This document shows, piece by piece, positions 1-12,100 of a DNA stretch of 64,000 bases; position 1 is the stretch's first letter, and every line of letters starts with the position of its first letter. The notes beneath the pieces are model-generated. The model did no database searches. It was not told where the DNA came from and worked only from the letters and a program-made list of their open reading frames with translations. The position numbers and the translations under genes were made by a program. The stretch is from Hydrolagus colliei. Lineage: Eukaryota. The stretch spans positions 8,060,001 through 8,124,000 of the forward strand of contig CM068748.1 of the NCBI GenBank assembly GCA_035084275.1, given 5' to 3'.

Positions 1-196
1 TTAAGTAAATTAGATAAATGTAGCAAACAGCATCTCTCTTCATGAATTGCTCCATTCCCTGTTTTAATATTTCTATTGAGGCTTGATTCCATGTGAAATA
101 AGGAGAAAACAGGAAATGTCTGACTGCAACTTATTCCGTGGCGTTATTAATGATGCTCTTTTGTCAATCAGTAATTGTGCACTTTTCCAACCATAG

Positions 197-990
197 TAAT
201 AATGATCTTTGCATTTCATTAGTGCCTTATCACGTTGTTGAGATGCCTCAAAGCGCTTCACAGGATATACAGTAAAGTGGATTGACAGTTTTTTGTGGGG
301 AAATCAGGGCAGCCCTATCTCACAAACAGCCATTGTGTGAGTGACTAATTTTATTTTGGGGATTTCTTGGCCTTGATGACCAATGGGAGAAACTCCTTTC
401 TCTTTTTTTAAATAATGCCATGGAATCGTTAACATTCACTTGACCAGCCACGCAGGACCTTGGTTTAATTTAATGGCTCATTAATTTAATGGCTGACAAC
501 ACAGCCGGCAGTGCAGCTCCCTCCCAGCACTTTGGAGTGTCACCTTAAGACTCGTGGTTCCCAACCTCGGGTGCCGGCCCAAATCAGGGTCACGGGGCTC
601 CTCAGTTGGGTCGTGAAGGGTCATCAGAATTTTTTGTTGTTGCTTTTTTTCCAATGTTGAAAATACATTTTTAACACTAAAAAAATAAAATGCCCGAAGC
701 GACACCGCCGACCAATTTGTGTGAAAGAGCGTATTTATGAGTTGCACTGAGTCCACAAAAGAGACGGAGATAACGTTTTGGTTGAGCTTCGCTTCAGTCG
801 CGATGTCGCCTCCTAAGGGTGGGAGCACCTGTTGGAGGCTAATTTGGGTCGCAACAAAAAAAATTGGTTCGCGAGGACCTGTTGATGGTTAATTTGGGTC
901 GCGGCAAAAAAAGTTGGGAACCACTGCCTTAGACGTGATTCCAAGTCTTGACCTGGGGCTTGAACCCACAACTAGCTGATCTGAACTATA
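197..990 (-). mobile_element. Deu-domain-like SINE interrupted by the MITE at 552..926
   Basis: L2-like tail, aataatgccatggaatcgttaacattcac and ggagtgtca core segments, remnant head ggggcttgaacccaca after the MITE. Confidence 0.6.
552..926. mobile_element. hAT/Charlie-type MITE nested in a SINE
   Basis: TIRs gtggttcccaac ... gttgggaaccactg; imperfect 8-bp TSD cttaagac/ccttagac. Confidence 0.8.
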
Positions 991-3900
991 GTCTCTTTCA
1001 AATAATCAAGCTTCAACTTCATAATCATCAGTAATTTGGATGGTTCGTTCCTCTGTCCAGTTCACAGCTAGAGTATGTTGAGGGTTTAGTCTCCTCCTCA
1101 TTACTTTGTTATTTCAACTTTTATTAAAATAAATATATTTTGTTGGATATTTACTGATCCATTTATCTGCACTTTCTGATATAAACCTAATCTGCTACTT
1201 TCAGCATTATACTCCTGCTAATCTGAACTCGATCAAATAATCAATTCATTATGTTTTTAGCCAAACATAATTCTTCTCAATTCATTTAATAAAACCCCAT
1301 GCAAATAAATTTGAGCAAGATTATTCATGTAACTTCTGAAATGCTTTAGCTAATTTTGTACTTTGACTTGCTTTTCCCTTAGTTCAACATTTAAGACATT
1401 TAACATTTAAGTGCTTTTACCTATGTGTTGAAGATATTTCAACTTCAAAGAAAAGTGAAGCAAAGCAAAAAAAAACCTCACTACAATCTTTTTAAATGAA
1501 CCAACTTGACAAGATAAAAGGTTGGAGAGAGAGGGCCAGTCTGTTCACCACAGACAATTGGCAATTGTCTACTTGCTCAATAAATCAGATGACTTCTCTG
1601 ACATTGTGGAATCATTGCATACCGTTTCACCTTCATCCATGGCTGAATTTGACTTTTAACACTTCTCTCAAAATGTTATACTTGGGTTTTATTTGAAATA
1701 ATTTAAATCCACTGTACAACGGGAAACAATTTGGAGATTCATTGAATGTGTCTTAACGGGTTATACGTATTTATAATAATCCTTGCATTTGATAAAGTGC
1801 TTTTCACATCCTCCAGACGTGTCAAAGCGCTGCACAGAATATATTGTAAAGTGAATTGACTGTATTTGTGGGCGAAACACAAATTTGCAATTTTGATCCA
1901 TGTTGTCACTCTCGTTCAGTTTATCCTGCAGGCAATTTGCATTGTGTTCAATTAACTACACTGTGCACTGATCCACAAAGTGACCAGTCGCATTTAGTGT
2001 GGAATTTAATTGGCTCTTTGCTGCACTAGATCTGGATGGCATCCAAGTTGGAAATACATTATAGTATTATTCTTCCACAGTTTGCATATCCCCATTAAAA
2101 GTTTTGCAATAAGTTTAAAAAGAAATTGTCTTCATAACCAAGTATATGATTGTATAGTTACTCTGTCTGGCTGGAGGCAGTTCATTGACCTCCATGCCAA
2201 ATTGCACACAGTCTGTCAAAAATGATGACGTGTCATTTTATAACTGAAAATCAAAAGTTGTCATTTATAGACCGAGCCACTAGGTGTCATGATTCTCCAT
2301 AATGCGATGTGCTACTTTAAACCAACTGCATGTTGCCCAGTTATAAATTGGATAATCAGACTCCATTTTAAATGGAAGCAATGTTTTTAAAACAACTGTG
2401 GTGTCTCAGTGAAATAGGGCAAGTCTTGATTACATTTAGTAAAATGTACCCAGGGTGAACACAGCCCAAGAGACTTCATTGGCTGAAAATAGATATTTCC
2501 ACAAACTTTTCGATTTGGAATCCTTAGGTGTGTCAATTCCTATTAGTCTGTGTTCCTGTTTGCACATGGTCAACTTCTTCTGCTTAAAAAATAACTAAGT
2601 GTGGGTGGGGCGGGGAGGGGATTTGGAATGCAGCATTTATCCACTTAAGAAGTAAAAAAGACCAAACAGCTCAAGTGAGGTTACACTGGAAAAAAACATC
2701 TTACACTGTGTTTATACAGCAGGGAGTGAGGTTACATTATTCCCAGAGGTGTAAAAATATAAAAACAGAAGAAGTCCCAGCTGCTTATCCCAAATGTGTG
2801 TTATTTCAAATTATCGTAAACATTATTTTTGCTACTGGGTCGATGTTTAGCACATGCCTTAAACTGAGACTGTTTATCTGTCATACTATATGAGTGACTC
2901 ATATTTTCCTATTTTTGAATTTCAAATTGTGTCTGTGTTTCAACTGTGTGTCCACTTACATGTATTACGTATATGTAACTCTATCTCCAATTTTACTCTA
3001 TCCCCTCCCCCATTTCTCTCTCTTTCTATGATCTTTGCATGAAATACAAGGGACTTGTAATGTTTTGCACAATTGTATAGAGTTAAACTGACAATACTAA
3101 GGTTTGAGTATCAACAAGTAAAGCAGAGTATGATTATGCAGTTTGTCACTGAAGGAGGTGAAAAAGAAATGCTCTATTTTGTCATCTTTTGTCATCTTTA
3201 AGTTTAAACTATACTTTTCTCATATCTATAGAATTAATAATGTAATTTGGGTAGTTTAGAATTGTATACCACCTATTTGTTTTTTTACACACACACAAAC
3301 AAGCTAAAAGTAGTTCATGCTATAATTATAGTGGGTAAATTAGCTGTTGCATGACAATTCCCTTATGTATGTACATAGATAAAGAATGTACATAAAGGTA
3401 AACGAGCCTGGGATCCTGTAAGTCTGGGATGAATTTGAGACCCAAATCACGGTGACAAAAGGCCACTGTTACCTGTTGTGTCACCCAGTCTTCTATTACA
3501 AGTGTCTATGCTTTCTCAATCACTTCCCTTCAATCATTCTCTTTGCCCAACCCAAACTTTCTTGATTTCTTTCAGTGAATGGCTGGACTTGTTTCTCTGA
3601 ACTTTACTGTTCTATTTCTTCCAAGTTACTAATAAGCCACCATAAATGCTATTCCGATTACCCGCTTCTTACTTTGATACCCAATTCCTCTTCTTACTTC
3701 ATATTCCCGGGAGACATAATAATAATCCCTGCATTTGATATAGCGCTTTCACGTCTTCTAGACTTCGCGAGGCACTTCACAGAGTATACTGTAAAATGAC
3801 TGTTGAAGTGCCTTTATTTCCTCATAATTTCTTGTTCTTACTACCTAGACTTTCAAAACTTTTTCATTTCCTAACTACAGAGAACCCATCACTGACCTTT

Positions 3901-4541
3901 CATGTTATTTTTCTTGGTTGAAGCAAATTGACCAGAGATAGGCTTAACACACGCAAATGGAATTTTGTACTTTATTTATTACAATACGCTGTATAACGCA
4001 GCAAAATCGCTGAACATACTCAATATACTGCCTCATTGGACCAGATCTTATCTGAGGTTCAAAAGAACAAACAAGATAAAACAATATTCTGGAAAAAAAA
4101 GAAAAATCTCAGGATTTTAGCCTATAATTTAGTGTATTATTTGAAGTCACATAGTTGCAGTATTAAGATGTTTAATGTATGGTACATGGTTAACCTTGTT
4201 CTGGTACATTGAAATCATTTGTAATCTGAATACTGTATCATAATTCTGAAAAGCTGAAAACTATAGGCTGCAGATAAGTTTCTAATTATACCATTATTAC
4301 TAAATCTTATCATATTGATCAGAGTACAATGTTCAGTCATTTGTTGGAAATATTCAAAAAGTCTCTGTAGGACACAAAGGACTGACTCACAGAAGCCTCC
4401 CGTTTCAAGTAAATAGCTTAGTTTTAAGGTAAGATTACGATTTTCTTTAGACACTGGTAATGTTGTATTTTGACTGGTTTGTTTTGATGTAAATGATACA
4501 AAAAAGTACTTTTAAGTAATTACAGGGTAACCACTAACACA

Positions 4542-4868
4542 TAATAATAATAATAATAATAATCCTTGTGTTTGATACAGTGCTTTTCACATCTTATCCA
4601 CGTCTCAAAGCGCTTCACAGAATATACTGTAAAGAGAATTGACTGTATATTTGTGGACGAAATGCGACAGCCAATTGCACACAGCAGTGTCCCACAAACA
4701 GTCGTGGATTGAAAGGACCAATTTTATTATTGTTTTTTTTTTGACGGATTATTATTATTAGGTGTGTGGAGTAAGGAAAGTTGCCCAAGGTTTCGCCCTG
4801 ACCTGCCTGGATTCGAACACAGGTCTCATGCTTGTAAGGCGAGTGCTCTAACCACTGAGCTACAGGAC
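4542..4868 (-). mobile_element. tRNA-derived SINE, near full length
   Basis: Minus-strand head TAGCTCAGTGGTTAGAGC (A box) and GTTCGAATCC (B box), shared body, L2-like tail ending (TTA)n. Confidence 0.9.
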
Positions 4869-5205
4869 ATTTAAGTACATTTTAAAATGTACTTAATAAT
4901 CAATAATTAATTGCCAGCTTTTTTATTAAATGATTTCTAAGTTTATTCTAGTTATTGGTTTTGAACAGATCTTCAGTTTGACATGAGGATTTACAATTCA
5001 CTGTCCATAATACTGTAAATATAAAAGGTTGTAAATCTGTTTCATGAGTAACACATGAGTAAATGAGTTAATGAGTAAACCACATTAGTGTGGTTTTGTA
5101 TGTGGATTTTCTACATGGCACAGTTTACAAAATGTCATACATTGATTTCTTCTGTCAATTTATACACCGATTTTAAATAATTGTTAAAAGAGACAAAACG
5201 GAGGG

Positions 5206-5441
5206 GAGGTGAGGAGAACGTTTTCACATGGTGAGTTGTTTGGATCTGGAATCCTTGAAAGGATGGTGGAAGCCTATTCAATAACAACTTTTAAGAGAGA
5301 AGTAGATAATTATTTGGGGAGTTTGCAGGGCTATGAGAAGAGTGCGGGGCATGGGATTGATTTAGATAGCTCTTTTCAAAAAGCCGGCTCAGACACAATG
5401 GGCCGAGTGGCCACCAATGTTGTACAAGTAATTCTATGATT
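5206..5441 (+). mobile_element. CR1 LINE 3' end fragment
   Basis: ERMVEAYSITTFKREVDNYL-like ORF2 terminus, atgggccgagtggcc and attctatgattt tail. Confidence 0.75.
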
Positions 5442-5982
5442 TCAGTTTTATAGTCCCTTTGTGATTAGATTCTCTACTGATGACATAATCTATTAGAATT
5501 GCCAGTCCACTTTCATATTAAGGATTTAATTGGAATCCTCCTGCCTGTTCCCTTAATCCTTGGGTTAAAGGCCATTTTAACTTAATTTGAAAGGTTTTAT
5601 GATCTCTAGGATTCCCAGAAACTTGCTTTCATATTTATTTAATGGGACTCAACAGAAAATGTAGACGGGCAATTATTACCTATTAAAAGACTGCGATGCG
5701 GAAAGAAGGATCATAAGAGAAGGTAGTCTGGTTACATTAGTTTACAGTAAGCTTTATACTGCTGCATTTAGCTACTCATAGTTCTATTAGATATTATGGC
5801 ACTTTCTAAGCTTTAATAAGAGACGTGAAAGAATGGTTCCATACTTTAGAAGCAATATCAGTCTATAATTGTGTTATAATAATCCCTTTGCTGGGGTCTT
5901 GCTGGAACAAAATAACAGTACATCATAGATCATTCTGATCATTGCATTTATCAAATGTTATTTTTCCCAGGCTTGCTCAGAA

Positions 5983-6124
5983 ATGGCTCATAGAACTAGA
6001 TGTGGTTGCACATCTCTGGAGTCTATACTTATTGTTCTATTTCTCCTGATGACATGTGTGACTGTTGGGATCCTTGCCATTTCCTTCACCAAAAATAAAT
6101 CAACATTATCAGAGGAAAATTCAT
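5983..6124 (+). CDS. ASAH2: ASAH2 coding exon 1 (MAHRTRCGCTSLESILIVLFLLMTCVTVGILAISF..., signal-anchor TM)
   Basis: Acceptor tttttcccag ends at 5970, ATG at 5983, hydrophobic segment, donor gtaagt at 6125. Confidence 0.9.
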
Positions 6125-9100
6125 GTAAGTTGAAAGCATTCAGCTGTTATTAGCGTTAAGTATCGTACATTCTTTAGGACAAATAAAATCTGATGAGCAA
6201 TACATTAGATGTTGTTCTCCAAAGAAACGGGTAGCCATGAAATGTATAGCTTGTCTAAACATCTATATTAGAAGTGCTCAAATATGTCATTCTGAACTTT
6301 TGCAAAATATCTTGGGAGTCCCGTGATCATAACAACAACACATTTTATGTAACGCTTTTCAAGATGGATCGACATAGCGAGGTGCTGGACAGTTAAGATT
6401 TTACACCTGAGCACCTGGGATTGGGATCCAGAGGGTTGTAAGGTAGGGGGGGTGAGGGTGGGAATGTGACCTAAGATACGATTAAAGAAAGCTCTTGAAT
6501 CATAGATTAAAACTGTAAATTCTGGTTATTTTAATTACTTAAATCCAAGAAATAGTATTGAATGAGCTAACAGATCAGTTTCCGGAACATTATATTTGAA
6601 TGGCTTGTATTTTGTTTCAGCGACAGTGACAGAAAAAAGTCCAGTATTTTTAGACCAATATCAGATTGGTGTTGGTCGTGCTGACTGTACTGGGCCAATA
6701 GCAGACCTTCCTTTGGTTGGTGAATGATTTTTTTTACAAAACGTGTTACTTGAGTTCATTTAAAAAAAATCTCTTTTGTCAATGATATTTCTGTTTATCA
6801 GTAGCAGGGAGAAATGATGAGTTTGTTGAACCGACCAAGCCTAAGGGCTGTGTAAAATAAGACTACAGAAATCTATTTTTAATGAACTGTGATTTACCTC
6901 CCCTGTGCCAATAGCAGGATTATGTTTATCAAGGCTGCACAGTCCTGCCATAATCATAATAATAAACATATAACAAAGCAGTTATGGCTGATGTTTGAAA
7001 AGGGACTTTTTCAAAACCAAGTGTAGAATTGTTTCTGTAATGTTTCCACTGATATTATAATAACCTACATTAATATGTAAATGTAAATAGAAGTTATAAA
7101 TACTCTATTACTTATGCTTTAATTGCGTTATTAATTAGTGTTTGATTGTGTGCAGATGGGATACGCTAAACCGGGCCAGAATGCTGCAGGGCTCCACACC
7201 CGGCTGTACAGTCGAGCTTTTATAGTTGCTGATCCTGCTGGTTCCAAAAGAGTTGTATTCGTCAGTGCTGACATTGGGATGGTATCTCAGAAACTCAGAT
7301 TAAAGGTAAATCCAGAACTTAAGGTACTAACCTTCACGGGAGCATGTGATGGCTCTTGCTGAGGGCTGCGTTAAAGGAGTGAAATGCTGGAACCGGACAA
7401 ATTGTTGAAAGTTACTTGAGAGCCAAGAGCTTTTCAGCTTTTTTAAGTTCTAAAGTTGGCTCAGAAATAAATCGATTAAATCCTTCAGCTGTTCACAGCA
7501 CATCTTGGGCTGCAGATAGGGAGTGGCTGAATCACAGAACATCCAAAGTCAAGGTTAAGCAAAAAGATGAAGTGCCAAACCAAAGCATTTATTAGGGGAA
7601 AACGGATAGCCTCAGGCTGGGTTTAAATTGCCCACGGAGTGAAATAGTTCAACCTCATCACAGAGAACTGGGGGGTAACACTGGTAAATAAGCTGCGAGA
7701 ATGGAAAATATATCACAAAAAATGGGATTCACTAATGTAGACCTTTTACTGAAAGAAACATTCATGGATAGGAAGCATTTATGGAATGAAAGCATTATTT
7801 GGTGTGATGTAGCACAAATATGCTTCAGAAGAGACAGGGGTAAAGTAGGAGATTTGGGGAATCCCTGGGGATGTATATTTTAGAAGCAGATCCTGTGCTG
7901 TGTCACTTTGCATTTGTTAGTCCTTGATTGGTGTTTTGACTGTGTTTTAGTTTGTGAATGATGGACTTGTGGGAGGAGGGAGAAAGAGATAGTATTAAAA
8001 GTCTCAGTTGATGATTTAGGACAATTTATATCAGATCAAAATGACCTTGTGAACATAGAATTAAGGTTCACTGGCTCATGCTCCTAACCTCCTGAGATAT
8101 CCACAAACTGTAAACATTATTGATATAGAGAGAGCCTGCTGTAAAATTGCATAACACACTTGATTTAACCTTTGTTAAATTCTGGTGAATGCTGCATATG
8201 GAGGTAGAGTGGGATTATAATTTCCAATGCAATAAGGTGTTTTCCTTATGCAAATCCTTATACAGTATTAAGCAATATATAAAGAAATGTTCACAAAGTA
8301 TGTGTTATGAACAGATAACAAAACAACTCTGATTTATACCTACTATTTATACGATTTATATAGCACCCTCCTGATACTGAAATGAGTTGATTTCAGATCT
8401 TGAAGATTGATCTTTATTGGCTAGGTTACAGGTCCTCTGCAAGGCTAGCTGTATTTTGAGAATCTAGACTTATTATAGTTCTTTCAAATATAATTTTAAA
8501 TTTATTTTCCATTAAGATTTCACTTTTGTTCACAAAGTAGATCATGTGTCTTATATTATTTATGAATAATAAGAATTCTGGTTTGCCTTTTAGGTCATGG
8601 AAACTCTGAAGACCAAATATGGGACTCTCTACAGACAAGACAATGTTGTGCTGAGTGGTACTCATACCCATTCAGGTCCTGCAGGCTACTTCCAGTACAC
8701 TCTCTTTATTCTAACAGGCAAAGGCTACATCAAACCATCCATTAATGCTTTAGTTAATGGTATAGTGAAGGTTAGATATTCTCTGTTTTTTTGTTTTTTA
8801 TTTGTTCATTTAATTTTGTTTGACACCACAAACATTTTTAAGCAAATAATAATTAACTGGTAGCATTTTGTGTCTACAATTTTATAAGGATTTATGATAC
8901 ATTTTAATTAGATGCAACATACATCCTCCTATTTTAAGAATCAACAATATTGGGAAACAAATCTCAGAAAATGATAAATCTCATTTATCACTAACATTGT
9001 TTAGTTTTATAGTTTTTAGCACAATTCATAAGGAAACAGCATTACTCTAGCTGATTTCATCGTTCATAAGTTAAAAAAGTTATATCTAATGTCCCATTTT

Positions 9101-12100
9101 GTTAGTTACTATATTTTAATTTGGTATCTTCATTCAAAACTGTGACAATTCCTGACTGAGAGCATGCAGGTGACCTATCCCTAGGCCTCAACCAATGCCA
9201 CTTTTCTCCCAGTCAGTGGGTGGTGTGTGAGACATGTGAGCTTTAATTTAACTATGGCGTAGATCACCAGTTCCATTCCACATCTCCTACCAGAGGCCTT
9301 GCTGAAATTTACAACTCACATAGTGGAATCATGTATAATTTATGGACCTTCCTCTATGTACCTCAGATAATTACAATTGTGTAATCTTGATCTCTGCTTG
9401 ACAGTAATTACTTTAGGTATTTTAGATGATTACTTCTTTGCTTCTTACACTTCAATATTCCACTAATCAATATATTTTAGTGATGTATTTTCCTTACAGA
9501 GCATTGATATTGCCCACAAAAACATGAAACCAGGAAGAATATTTATCAGCAAGGGAGAATTGGAAGCGAGCAATATAAACAGAAGTCCCTTTTCCTACAT
9601 GAACAATCCAGAGGCAGAAAGAAAAAGGTATCCATTCAGAATAGGAATCATAAGAAATTCAAGTCTAAGATGCAATCAATTAGTGATTGATTGATTGATT
9701 GTAAACATGCAGAATAAAAGTTATACCAATACAGTAATGTCCACAAAGCTTTGTAACTAGTGATATTAAAGGGGAATATGATTGAGACAGTTAAATATTC
9801 TTGAGTATTCATTGTTTTTTTTAGCAATCCAGCTTTCTATGTATTTAGAAATGTAAATACAGACATGAGGATTCTGATCTATAAGTAAGTTTTCTCTTTA
9901 ACATTTTTAGCAATTATTGAAACTTCCATGAGCACCTTTCCATAATTCACAAACTTTACCTGAAAAACAGCACAGCTCCACCTAGTGAACTGAATAATCT
10001 TGTGCACAAAAGGATAAGTACTGTACATGTAATCTTAATTTTTTTTGCTATCCTAAAATTAAGCCTGATTTATTTAAATCAGATTAAATCAAATGTGCAA
10101 ACCTTCCATGGCAGATTGGTTTTTGTGAAAATATTCTATTCCAGAAAATAGAAAGAAATTATATTTCTTCTTTGTTTAGTTCTTTTGTACTTCAGGTGAC
10201 ATAGCAACAGGGTGCAGCTAAAGAGAATTGCCACAAATCCAGCTGCTTCATCAGTTTGACCCCAGTTGCTGCTGTAATCGCATAAAAATACAGATAATTT
10301 GTACTGAGGCACAAATAACTATTCAGATTGATGACTGTAAGCAATATTAGTTAATTACATGTTTCTATGTAGCTCAGACTCACTACAAGTAACTTATTTT
10401 TTTGGAACAAGTATACAAAGTTGAAGAAATTGTACTGTTCAATCATTTACTTAAATATGTAATCCTGTGATTAATATAGGTATAAATCAGATACAGACAA
10501 AGAAGTAGTCCTACTGAAGATGGTGGATATGGATGGTCATGGGATCGGAGCACTCAGGTACAGAGCTAAACTAATATATTAAGAGTTTGGTCAGTGCAGT
10601 TGAAGTATGTTAACAGTTAAAGACTTGCACGAAATGCGCATCATGTTTTACCTGTTTTTTTCCAAATTCCAACAGACTAGAAAAGTCTAAGTTAATTACT
10701 AATTATCGTATTCATTGATGAATATTCATTAATTCAATTAGCTTTTTGGAAGAATGTATTGAAATATGTTGATTTAACATTGGCGTGATCCCATATTATT
10801 CTGTCCTATTTAATTGTCTGCAGCTGGTTTGCTGTCCACCCTGTCAGCTTGAACAACACTAACCTCCTGGTTAGCAGTGACAATATGGGACACGCATCAT
10901 ATCTGTTCGAAAAGGAGAAGAACACGGGCTCGCTGCCTGGGAAGGTTAGAATTACAAAACCTTGCTCTTGTTATACAGGTACAGTACTGTGCTCTATGAT
11001 GAAAGTATTCTCCTGGAAATCCAATACGACGTGCCCAACTTTAAACATGTTCTTAAGCTTTGCATTGTAGCTGTCACCTGAATCTAATACTATAATTGAT
11101 GTACTGTTAATATTAATGTAGCCAGCATTTTCTATTCACTTTTGTCTGCTGATTTTGAAACTACAGAAATACCACCTGGCGTAACATCTTTGAGGTTACT
11201 CTATGGTAACTCTTGATGGGCAAATCAATGAATATAAAAAGAAGGCCCCGACTATTAATGGTGACTCTCAGTGGTTTCAGTGTTTAAGAGTACATTATTC
11301 TAGTAATATTGGAGGTCATTCTTTTTGATGGGAAAGTTGACATGAGTCAACCCATGTTTGAGCCTGTGATGAGCAAAGCTAGAATGGGATAACTACATAC
11401 CAGTAAATCTCAAAGCAATTTCAGAGGAATTTAATGAACTTTCTCAAAATTGATGGAATGGCCTCCTATTCTCTCTCCTGTTAAAAAAAAAACCTTGAAT
11501 TTGATATAGTGCTTTTCATGTCTTCTAGACGTCTCAAAGCGCTTCACAGAATATACTGTAAATTAAATTGACTGTATATTTGCGGGGGAAACGTGGCAGC
11601 CAATTGCGCACAGCAATGTCCCACAAACAGCCATGGATTGAAATGACCAATTTATTATTGCTTTTTTTTGAGGGATTATTATTAGGCGTGTGGAGTAGGG
11701 AAACTTGCCCAAGGTTTTGCCCTACCTGGAATTGAACCCAGGACTCCTGCTTGTAAGGCGAGTGCTCTAACCACTGAGCTACAGGACTCCACAAGTGGAT
11801 CTGATGTGGAACTAAGCAGAGTTCTATTTAACTGACTTGAGTCCCCACCTACTTCATTGATTCATAAAGGTTATAACAATGGGCCGTGGAGATTTGTCCT
11901 TCATTCTGATTTTCCATCTGCAGTCCGCACTGTTTATGTGGTTTTTAAATGTGATCCTTCCCTTCTATAACTCATAATAAATTATTGACAAAACTATAAA
12001 TGATGTACATGTTATTCATATACCTGAATGAATAATTCAGGTTTTTATAAATAACGGTTCTGTAACTAAACAGCGATTTTCACAAGCACCATTTCCATCC

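Noticed and set aside
481-828. 115-aa minus-strand ORF
   Set aside because: Spans a MITE/SINE junction and has no transposase motifs
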